DNA of 63,403 nt, filler included, from Choristocarpus tenellus KU-1152 (Eukaryota > Protista > Phaeophyceae), in assembly GCA_964200185.2 (NCBI GenBank). It is 10 parts of 10 records of this genome, joined end to end, with 100 filler letters (N's around TTAATTAATTAA, not from the genome) between each part and the next. Parts side by side here need not be neighbours in the genome. Positions count along the whole stretch, not along the records: positions 50,823 to 54,185 come from CAXNAD020020527.1; positions 54,286 to 57,350 come from CAXNAD020022563.1; positions 57,451 to 63,403 come from CAXNAD020009329.1; 7 more parts are not named here. One strand, written 5' to 3'. Positions 53,640-63,403 of the stretch are shown piece by piece; position 1 is the stretch's first letter; the number at the start of each line of letters is the position of its first letter. Position numbers and translations under genes: made by a program. Under the pieces are notes generated by a model. It made no database searches, was not told the DNA's origin, and saw nothing but the letters and a program-made list of their open reading frames with translations.

Positions 53640-53900
53640 GCGGCTTCAAAGAGGTTGGTATGTGAACAGCCGCAACTCTTGCCATACTTTGTCGTATGTT
53701 AAAGTATGGCGCAAATGACATGAGGCTTGTGGCTTGAAAAAAGTTGGTATATGGACCGCTGCAACTTTTGCCACACTTTGTCTTAGGACAAAGTACAGCA
53801 GAAATGACATGATGCGTGTGGCTTCAAATAAGTTGGTATGTGGACAGTCACAGTTTTTGCCATACTTTGTCGAACGGTAAAGTATGGCAAGAATAACATT
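53640..53900. repeat. three ~90-bp tandem units, each with a gccatacttt-N10-aaagtatggc hairpin
   Basis: Units start at ~53640, 53730 and 53819. Confidence 0.85.
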
Positions 53901-54035
53901 GGGGCGAGCAGATGAAGGAAGAGCGAAACTTGACTTTGCATAATTTCATTATTGTGTAAGTAAGGTGAGGGACGGTGTTAGGGTTGGTACAGGTGCTAGG
54001 TTTGGGATCGGAAACAGAAACTGGAAGGAACATCG

Positions 54036-54185
54036 GGGTCAAAGTATCTTGGGGGGGGGGGGGGGGGGTTTGTGAGGGGGCGTCCGTTTCGGTCAAACGA
54101 CTTTTTTTTGGCTGACATTTCAAATCCGACACGTGCGACCAAATCACAACAAAAAACAAAAAATCGAAAAAAGGGAGAAAAAAGG
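54036..54185 (+). mobile_element. MITE with related terminus (gggtcaaagtatcttggg), truncated by gap; related ends at 3829-3862, ~55660-55689, 57451-57470
   Basis: Shared AAAGTATC terminus followed by poly-G. Confidence 0.7.
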
Positions 54186-54285
54186 NNNNNNNNNNNNNNN
54201 NNNNNNNNNNNNNNNNNNNNNNNNNNNNNTTAATTAATTAANNNNNNNNNNNNNNNNNNNNNNNNNNNNNNNNNNNNNNNNNNNN

Positions 54286-54619
54286 GTAGAGCCGCGTCCA
54301 TTTGGGGATCAAAATACAATGTTGTGATTTTGATGTAATTTTGACTATCGTGTTTGTTAGGAAGTGTCAATATCTATCATGTTCCGGACGCACCTTTTCA
54401 TAAGGTATACCTTTTACCTACTCCGAAACATTTTGGAGTCGGAAAATGTCATAAAAAAAAACCATGGGAAGCCAAGCCCTACAAATAAATGTATACATTT
54501 TACCTATTACGAAACATTTTGGAGTCGGAAAATGTCATAAAAAAAAAACCCAAAGGGAAGCCAAGCCCCACAAATGGACAAACAGGGAAAAATTCGTACC
54601 CTCTAAGATACTTTCACTC
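54286..54619 (-). mobile_element. MITE family B with internal ~90-nt duplication
   Basis: gaaacattttggagtcggaaaatgtcataaaa...gggaagccaagccc occurs twice; ends gatactttcactc. Confidence 0.88.
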
Positions 54620-54957
54620 ATAGAGGATCGGTAAGAGATATATTCTGATGATATGAGGGGTATAGAGAGGGAGGACATAGTCCTCCGGCTTGTTTTCCAC
54701 TATACCCGTTTTTGGCCTAAAATGTTGCAGGTATACCTGTTCTTGTCCACTTTTGTTTATATGTAACGAACAAAATGCGTGTACGTTTTTTTTTTTAATA
54801 TATTATCTTGTGTGTTCATGTGTTCATGAGAGGGGGGGGGGGGGGTATAACTGCTTTTTGAAAAGTGTTAACTGTTGAGAATATTGACTCAATAATTTCA
54901 ATTTATTTCAGTTAAGTGTTGCATGTATCTGTAGAGTAAGTGTAGCTGTGAATAAGA

Positions 54958-55092
54958 GTAATAATTAATAAAAATATAATTAATAAAAATACTATTAATA
55001 AAAATACTACTAATAATAATACTATTAATAATAATACTACTAATAATACTACTATTAATAAAAATACTACTAATAATAATATAATTATTAAG
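54958..55092. repeat. AT-rich 15-bp-period low-complexity repeat
   Basis: taataaaaatactac variants in tandem. Confidence 0.9.
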
Positions 55093-56029
55093 AAGAGAAA
55101 AAACAATCGCAAGAGCACAAGGTGGGAGTTGGTATAATTTTGACGTTTGCAGTGCTTTATACCCTTTTGTGTCCAAACCATTACAAACGGGTAAACAACC
55201 CTCCATCTTGTGATGGGAGTTATAGAGAGGTGTTTTTGTGTAGGGACTAAGAGAGGGAGAGGCAGGTTGAAGTTGAACTGCAACTGTACCTGTAAAAGGT
55301 ACTGTACCACAAGAGGTACTGTGCATGTAAAAGGTACTGTACCTATAAAAGGTACTGTATCACAAGAGGTACCATATCACATTTGCTGGCCCTAGGTATT
55401 TGTGCATGGCCCTAGGTATTTGTGCATGGAATAAGAGGGAGAGAGGCAAGGTGAAGTTGAATGACCGTTCTACCTTCAGAAGGTAGGTACTGTAGTACAA
55501 CTTCCAGACCCTAGCCCTAACCCCAACATGGTCTCTTCACAAAACCCTAACCTTAACCCTAGAGTCAGTACCTCTGATGCAGTACTGTACCCAAAGAACG
55601 ACAGAGAGTCAGTGTAGTGCACACACAGTCCCTTGAGTATCCTTCCTGGTGTGCAGAAACCCCCCCCCCCCCCAAGATACTTTGGGTCTACCTCAAATCA
55701 AATCACATCAAATTGTAATAATATCTACAGTGCCTTGAAGATATTGAGCATCAATACCATTTGCTCATGGAAACACCGCCGGGAAGGGAGTCATCATCTC
55801 TTAGGGAGGGTGTGAGCGGTGACCCTGACCTAGACATGGAAGGCGATATTGTTGATGGAGGGGTGGGGGGCGATGAGCAAGGGGGCCTGGGGGCAGGTGA
55901 CAAGAGGTGAGTGTTTTTTTTTGTTTTGTTTTTATAGAACGATGAAAGTCGAGGTTGTGAATGGGTTTTTTTTCATTTTTTTTTTCTGATGTAAATGAAT
56001 GTGAGATTCCATTGCTTTCAAAGGCTCTG

Positions 56030-56473
56030 GGGGTTAGGGTTAGGGTTAGGATTAAGATTTGGTTAGGGTTAGTTTTAGTCAAAGGATTCGGTGACCCTAG
56101 TGTCTCTGAGGTCGTGGCCAAATCCTGAATGTTTTTTTTATTTTTTGATGAGTTATCCCAGTCCACACTACCTCTTCTGTATTTAAACAGGGGAGGGGAG
56201 AAATGTTCTGAGAAATATTCTGAGAAATTGTCCTGATGGGAAGTTTTAGGTCCTTTTTTTTTTATGACCCGGAAGTACACTATTCACCTCCAGTGGGGGC
56301 AACTCAGTCTCTCATCATTTATTTTTTTAATTTTCCACCTGTTGTATCTCTACTCTGCCAAGAAGAACAGACCCTAGCCCTCTACATTGTTCAACCCTAA
56401 CCCTCTATATTGTACAACCCTAACCCTCTACATTGTTCAACCCTGACACTAACACTAACACTAACCCTAACCC
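56030..56473. repeat. interstitial telomere-like TTAGGG/CCCTAA tracts (also near 15075, 55510-55560, 56762, 59452, 59915, 62899)
   Basis: ggttagggttagggttagg and ctaaccctaaccc; short and internal. Confidence 0.85.
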
Positions 56474-57044
56474 GAAATGGATGTGACGTGATGGCAGCAA
56501 ACCTCGCTCAGCAACTTCAGACAAACGCCTCCGTCTTCTGCTCCATGGCAACTCCACTGCTGCTGCTCTACTGCTTCAGGTGACACGCAGATAGCCCACT
56601 TGTATGTGAAGGGAGTAGTTAGAAGGGAGATTGTATCGTAGGACAGTAAGAGAGATTTTGAAAAGAAGTCGTATCGTATCGTATCGTATTGTGGCAGCAA
56701 TGCCAAAAAAAAAACATTTATTTTCTTTTTTGTTTATGTTTTGTGGTATATGATACACAGTCTTAGGGTTAGGGTTAGGAACTTAAAAGAAAAAAAAAAG
56801 TGATGTTGTGTTTGGTGTGTTTTGGTCAATGCTTGTGTCAAAATAAGGTATATAAGGAGACGTGTTTGTCATGCACTAGTAAAAAGGGATTAGAGGTGAG
56901 GTGTCATCCCCTAACCCTATCCCTGCGGTGGTTGGTGCACTTTGAAAATACTCAACAGCTCTTCTTCACAAAATATTCTTCATGTTGGTCGTCAGGGTAT
57001 CTGTCATCTATGTAAGTGAGTTTGATTTAGTTTACGTAACACAT

Positions 57045-57270
57045 AAGAAGGATAACATAGATCACACATATATCATACATATCACACATGACATACATTT
57101 CAAATATAACATAAATAAACATAATAAACATAGATCACACATGTAACACATACATTTTACATATAACATAAATTAACATAACACAGATCACATATGTAAC
57201 ATACATTTCACATATAACATAAATAAACATAACACAGATCACACATGTAACATACATAACACACAGACAG
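57045..57270. repeat. degenerate acata/atcacacat satellite
   Basis: cagatcacacatgtaacatacat units about 50-55 bp apart. Confidence 0.85.
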
Positions 57271-57783
57271 AGTAACATCGTTCCCTGACAGGACAGGCTT
57301 TGCTCAGAGCCATCTCCCCCCCCCCCCCCCCCCACCCCCCCCCCCCCCCCNNNNNNNNNNNNNNNNNNNNNNNNNNNNNNNNNNNNNNNNNNNNTTAATT
57401 AATTAANNNNNNNNNNNNNNNNNNNNNNNNNNNNNNNNNNNNNNNNNNNNCCCCCCAGATACTTTGACCCTTGATGGTGGGCCGGGGCAGATGGAGTTGC
57501 AGTTGCGGAGAGGTGGGTTGTGTGATGACATGATTTTGAGAGGTTGCAGGGCGACAAAGTCTTGTTTGTATGACATTATCCAGGTGCCTTTTGGTGATTG
57601 ATGTAAAGTGTGGTAAGAGCTAGACCAAAGATAAATCAGCTATATATACGTATATATATAATACCATGTATAGAGTATGATCTCTTGAGAGATGGTGTAT
57701 TGATTTTGTTTGACCTCCTGGCAAACACTTTCACCCCCTCCCCTCCCCTCCATGGACATGCCACTCCATACACGCCATGCAAG

Positions 57784-59792
57784 GTGGACCTGGGTAACCT
57801 TGCGGGCATGATGGGAGATGGGGATCCCATCCGGGGCCTTGGGGCAGTTCGTGATTGGGCAGATATGCTCTCACTGGGGGAGCAACAGCGACTAGCTTTT
57901 GCTAGGTTGCTGTACAATCAACCTAGGCTAGCCATCCTGGATGAGGCCACCTCCGCCCTGGTGAGCAGAGACAAGTACTCTGAAGTAGAATGAAGTTTCA
58001 CTGTGTGTCTCCAGTTTGAGTGCTGATGGCCTGATATTTTTGAGTGTATGTGTGTGTGTGTATGTTTATTCTTGTTATCTTGTAGACTTGAATGGCTATA
58101 CACTAATTTCATCATCAAGCCTTCCTTGCTCTCAACCATCTCTACTCTAGTGCCTGTGACCTATAAAAAGAGTCTGTGACCTATAAAAAAAAAAAATTAG
58201 ATGAGACTGTTACTGTGACGATGGCTAGTTTTTTTTCGTAATTCTAAAGTAATGCAATTCATCTACCCCTGTGGAATAGTGTTTTTTTTATATTTAACAA
58301 GAAACAGGGATCAGAGACTGGAAACCTAGCCCAGCACAGTTCAAGGTGTAACACCCCACTAACTATACACTCTACCTGTACACTCTCCCCAAGCAGTCAT
58401 CTCAATCTTGGCATTTAACCTTGGTCCTGTTCCTGGACCCCTCTCTCACTCTAGTTCTATTGTTCTCCTACTGTTCTTGGACCCCTCTCTCACTCTGTTT
58501 TATTGTTCTACTGTTCCTGGACCCCTCTCTCACTCTAGTTCAATTGTTCTCCTACTGTTCCTGGAACCCTCTCTCACTCTATTTTTATTGTTCTCCTACT
58601 GAAGAGAGGTGGGAAAGTGGTCCAGCCCGCCTTAAATTCAATTCCACAACCTCTGGTTTCTATCAATTGTTTGGATATGTAGGGAGCTTTTGGAGGGCAG
58701 ACAACTGACTAAAACCAGAAAATTCCCAATTTCTGCCAACTAGGAAATCTGAGGTTGACAGAGGAGTGTGGCGTGATGATACTTTTTCCTTCTTATATAT
58801 CATGTGTAAGGAATTCAACATACATCTTGAACATTTTAGTGGCCGTCACTGCTTACCCCTTATTTCATCTATACCCTATTTTGTCATAATGTTCTGGCGG
58901 TCCTGAGATAAAGATTAGGAATTAGTCGTTCCTATTGATACCGGGCTCACTCACCTTAGTCCCCTCCCACCAGTCTCCTCTCCTGCCTGCGTTCACCTCT
59001 CCAAATAATCAACCTTGTGGTGGCATTTATGAGAGGGTTCTATTGGGGGTGGGCCGCTGACCGTTCCAAGAAATTTCCGATCTTTTTACGACTTATAAAT
59101 TGGCAGTCCGTGGAACATTTGAGCATATCAACATTCGCCTTGAACAGTTTGTTTCTGGCATAGTAATACCCTACTTCCAACTGACTAAACCAAGACCTTC
59201 ACTCTTGTTGGTGCTCTTGACAACTGACCTAAACCCCTTACCCTTTCCCACATGCCTCCCTGCTCACCCACCCACAAATAAAAAGAAAACCCAATGGTAC
59301 CCCCCGTTTATGTCTTGATCTTGTCCACTTCTGCCCTGGAGCGGTTCTGTGGGCTGCCACAACAATCCTGACATGTTTCACTCTTATCTCATTCTTATCT
59401 CGTTTTGTGTTGTTTAGTCCATGTGGCTTGACTTGGTGTGTACACGATAAACTAACCCTAACCCTAAGCCCAAGCCTCACCATGTGCTCTATACCATTTT
59501 TTCTTCTTCTTCAAAGGATCTAAGAAATGAAGAGAAGATGTACCGGCTGATGGATGGTGTGCCTGACCTCTCTGTGATCAGTGTTGGACATCGCCCAAGT
59601 TTGGTGCAGTTTCATGACAGTCGCCTCAGACTCTCCCAGGGAGGGAGGTCCTGCATTGAGTCCACAGGGGCTGAGGGTAGGGCTCATAGTGTCTGTAGTG
59701 CTGATGGGGTTGGTGTGGATGGGCTGGAGGATGCAGTTAGTGCTGATGATAAGGCTGAGGCCACTGCTGGTGCTGGAATGGGCAGCGACTAA
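57784..59792 (+). CDS. ABC transporter subfamily D, last two exons (57784-57960, 59517-59792)
   Basis: [36 protein letters not shown]|DLRNEEKMY...[13 protein letters not shown]: signature motif, Walker B, D-loop and H-loop; phase-0 join. Confidence 0.93.
58427..58601. repeat. intronic ~43-bp minisatellite, 4 copies
   Basis: ctgttcctggacccctctctcactct units. Confidence 0.92.
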
Positions 59793-61644
59793 TTTTGAGC
59801 CTTTTTTTTTAGTCGATTTTTGTGCTGAATCCCTTCAGGGCCAAAGCATCATTTGATTTGGTGGCAGAGTGGCATGAGGCAGGAAGGAAGAGGGAATAGG
59901 GGGAGATTATGGCGCCCTAACCCTAACCCTAGAGTGGTACAGATGTAGGCTATGTGGTAAGTATTTTTTGTGATGGATGGAAAAGAGTTGGATTGGGTTG
60001 ATGACCATCTAGAAGCCACTTGCACTTGCATTTTGTTGTAATAGAGAGAGAGAGAGAATGACTTTTCCCATGAAACACCAAGAGGCTGCTTTGGGTGGGG
60101 GCACAGACTGAATTTTGGGTCTCTCCCATCTCTGCCAACTTTGAAGTTAGGGTCTGTATGACTGCATGATAGTTTTAATATATGCACTCAATACCCCTTC
60201 TATGGGTTTTTGCATAGTCATACTCCAGTGATACTGTACCACCAACCAAAACTTGGCTAATTCTTCTAATGTATTCCACAAGTGTTGACTGCCGTATTAC
60301 TTAGATGAATAATGGAACCTAAATCTGAGGAGAATGTGCAGCTTATCTTTGTAGGTAAGTCCCCTTGTTGCTTCAAAGTGTTATGCGGGCTGTGATACTG
60401 TCCATGAACATAATTTCTTTATGCTAGTATATTTGCATCTGTATAGGGTAGATGTGTGAAGACTATTCCGCCTTCTGACCCTCAACAACTCCGCATTTAG
60501 AAAGGCTTTCATATTGCTCATAGGAATGCACATTTGCTTCTCTCATTTTAGTAGTCAATGGGAAAGGGTTTTTTAAGTGGAATTAATACATAGAAACTTT
60601 AGTATCACAGTACAGTAGTGTGAGTGTCCTTGTGAGGACCTTTATTATTGAAAGGTTAGGGATAGTAACACAATAGTGAGGCTTAGAAACAGATGTGTGC
60701 TAAACACTGCACCCAAGTGCATTGCAGCATATCCCACATTGTAAGGAGAAGGGCTTTTATAGTAGTTTACTGCAGTCAAGAAATTGTTGCAAGGGCAGCA
60801 TCAAAAACTGGTGTAGCTGACAGTATTGCTATTGGCTTGAAGTAATTAATAACTCGGAGTTCACACTACATAACCCAAGTGGGTAAAAATAGGGAGAGAG
60901 AACATCATTGATAGACTGGCAGGGCACATTTTACCTCCATAACAGAGCCAGTTGTGGTTACATTGCTTTGTAAAGTACAGAGTAAACCCACACAACTGAA
61001 GGAAACATGAAAAATTGTCCTTGACAGTGTTACCAATGATCGATGAAGATTAGCATGCAGTACATGGTAACAGCTCTTCAGTACCCAATTCCTGGGCTAT
61101 GGGAGTAATTTGATGAACCCACCTGAGGAATGAATCTGGAAAACAATGGAATGAGCGCATGTTCTGACTTGGAGTGGTAGCAAGATTGGGAATGAACAAT
61201 AGGAGCAGCATCAATATGAAGAGCTCAAAGGATGAGGGTAGATGTGATCCAAAGGGCAAATTGTCACAATGCTAAGAAAAGCGCCAAGTACATAGCTGTA
61301 CCATCATATTTTCTTGTTATTAGAAAGGGTTAGTAAGCAACAATTCCCTGTTGTGTAAGGTCAGTAATGCGAATCCTACGCCATACAGACCCTGTTACTG
61401 TGTTCATTGTGTGTACTCCATTGGAGTTCTCCATGTTCCCCCGGAAAATGTAAAATGTCAGTGGGCAACTCTTCTGATTAATTTATTCCAACAAAAGCAG
61501 TAGTAAGTTTATCTTCACAACTCTCTTGAGACAGAGAGTTCCTATTTTGTCAAGAAAGAAAGCGTTAGGTCATAAACAGTCTTGTCTCAGATACAGTGTC
61601 GTATGAGAAGATAGTGCATGCAGGAGTGTAGGGAACAAACACGC

Positions 61645-61959
61645 CGTTAAGCTGTCCTTGACGATATGTTGTCCCACACAACCAGTTATTGTTAATTAGC
61701 TTTTATCACAGTTGAGAACAGTGTGAGACACCATCACTAGATGGGGCTCACCAAACCTTACAGTCAATGGCTCAGAATACCAAATGCCTCAACAGTTCTC
61801 TAGTACACGTCAGAAACACTCCGACTCTAACATTCCGCCAATTGCTTCTGGTCAAATACCTTAACCCAAGTATCCTCAATATCCCGCAATATCATCTGTA
61901 CGTACATAAAATATTACTTCAAATCATATTCTCACCAATGGTCAAGCATAATCTTGACA
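61645..61959 (-). mobile_element. solo LTR, same family as 37590-37911
   Basis: Reverse-complement homolog flanked by near-perfect 5-bp TSD cacgc/cactc. Confidence 0.85.
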
Positions 61960-62488
61960 CACTCCCCTGCTCTGACTATGTAGTGAAAATCAAATCAGTC
62001 CAACAATAAATCCCAACTTGAAATCAACTCAATCTGCACACTTCAAATTTTATTCCCCCACATGGACAAGCAAAATTTTGACACACACAAATGAATGAAT
62101 GTAAGTTGGAATGCATGCACCCACCTTTTCCCTCTCACCAGTGGGGGAAGACGTTTGATCTAGAGCCACAGAGGGCACTGTCCTATTCTATCAAGTGCGT
62201 TGACAGTCTTCAAGTCAATTAAATTTATGCCATAAATATATATATACATATATATATAATTTTTTTTACTGTTTCAGTTCAGAACACTATTTGACCGTTT
62301 CTAACGCATTCTCCCACATAGGTATCATCATGGAGCTATAGGAGCGCTATTATTACTGAAAACACATAGCAACCACTATCCTGCCAACTGTTCGATTCCA
62401 GCTGGTGGTGATTTAAAAACCGGCCTTATCTACCAAAAAAAAGCACTTGCTCACTACCAGTAACAGTCAAGGCCTGACAGATCCAGTT

Positions 62489-62701
62489 CTACTGTGCCCT
62501 AGGAGGCGGCCCCGTGGTTGGCATGAGTGACGCCCGAACAGCATCCATTGCAGATATAGACCATGTCTCCTCATGAGAATAGATTAGGCCTTCACTGTCT
62601 AATGAGTATCGGGTAGTGCCTGTGTAGGGCGCGATGTAAGGGTGCCATGGGAGTTTGAGGTACCCCTGCAAGCGCCACTTTGCCATCAGGTGGGTGTCGT
62701 C
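62489..62701 (-). CDS. DUF2358 (NTF2/SnoaL-like) protein, terminal exon
   Basis: DDTHLMAKWRLQGYLKLPWHPYIAPYTGTTRYSLDSEGLIYSHEETW; cag acceptor. Confidence 0.8.
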   Translation of the reverse strand, partial: DDTHLMAKWRLQGYLKLPWHPYIAPYTGTTRYSLDSEGLIYSHEETWSISAMDAVRASLMPTTGPPPRAQ

Positions 62702-63403
62702 CTGCTCAGCAGCAGGGAGGTGGGGAATGGGGGAGGCAAGTGAGATCGCGCCGTAACATCAAGGAATATGGGCTAGTTTTTTATTCTTCAGAGGAGTTGG
62801 CATACACAGTAAGGGGTTGAACACACAAATACAAGACATTGCCACCCCTACCCAGTCAATCAATGTGGGCAAGGGCTAGGGCAAAGGAGGGGGGTGTAGG
62901 GTTAGGGCTTCTTGATTCTTTTGCACCTACCCTTGATCCAGCTCCCCAAAATTATTTCTGGTTGAAACCTCCCACAGCACTATAGACCGTAGGGCAGGTA
63001 AGAATCAAAATCATTCTGTGAACTGTTTATACTGATGCAGGAACAACCACATGTCCTGAACACAGAGCCAAACCAATACGTTTCTTTCACTAAAAAAGAA
63101 GTTAAGCTCCCAAAAAAGAAGTCAGTAGTGCCCTGTACAAACGTAACTGTCAGCAATGTTGTGTGGGAATAAACGAGCATGACAATGAGACGCAAGTGAC
63201 AAGATGTGGACATGTTGCCAATTACTGACAAAATACCCCCCAAAAATCGGAAACCTACGTCAAGTACACTAAACCTAGAGAATACATCATTCAAGCATAC
63301 CTTCACCTAAGACACAACTAATGCTCCTCTTGAGCTGGGGGGGGGGGGGGGGGGGGGTAGAGGGGGAGGAGGGATCATTTAAAAACAGATATTAGTTTGT
63401 TAA

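Noticed and set aside
54898-55326. Hydrophobic or IINS-repeat ORFs
   Set aside because: Translations of an AT-rich low-complexity repeat.
3729-57450. Recurrent TTAATTAATTAA palindrome and ORFs ending in XXXLIN
   Set aside because: Artificial six-frame-stop linker inside N runs.
30-63306. Most short ORFs in the supplied track
   Set aside because: Antisense shadows, repeat translations or chance ORFs with GTG/TTG starts; the real genes here are spliced.

Overview
Eukaryotic, intron-rich nuclear DNA, most like a brown alga or close stramenopile relative. This is inferred from short GT-AG exons in long introns, scattered TTAGGG tracts, and brown-algal-style RTE LINE, Copia and PPR sequences. 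The window is about 10 assembly pieces joined by nine artificial 100-nt linkers (N44-TTAATTAATTAA-N44), so adjacency across linkers is uncertain. Host genes read by manual splicing: a PPR gene 3' end, an IQ-motif terminal exon, nine 3' exons of a GBF1/GNOM ARF-GEF (one GC-AG intron), a DUF924 protein, an MLKL-N-terminal-domain-like + kinase gene fragment, Nup107 head-to-head with a twin-CX9C gene, an ABCD transporter 3' end and a DUF2358 3' end. Most other sequence is decayed transposon. The main candidate system is a dense set of at least three non-autonomous element families with unrelated interiors but shared termini (G-R-S-x-x-A-A/T-AGTATC plus subterminal TGTCCATTTGGG) and 4-bp TSDs. A decayed, apparently intron-containing Sola2-type DDD transposase gene (50927-~53100) carries three of these MITEs. 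Family assignments come from motif recognition by eye, not database searches.
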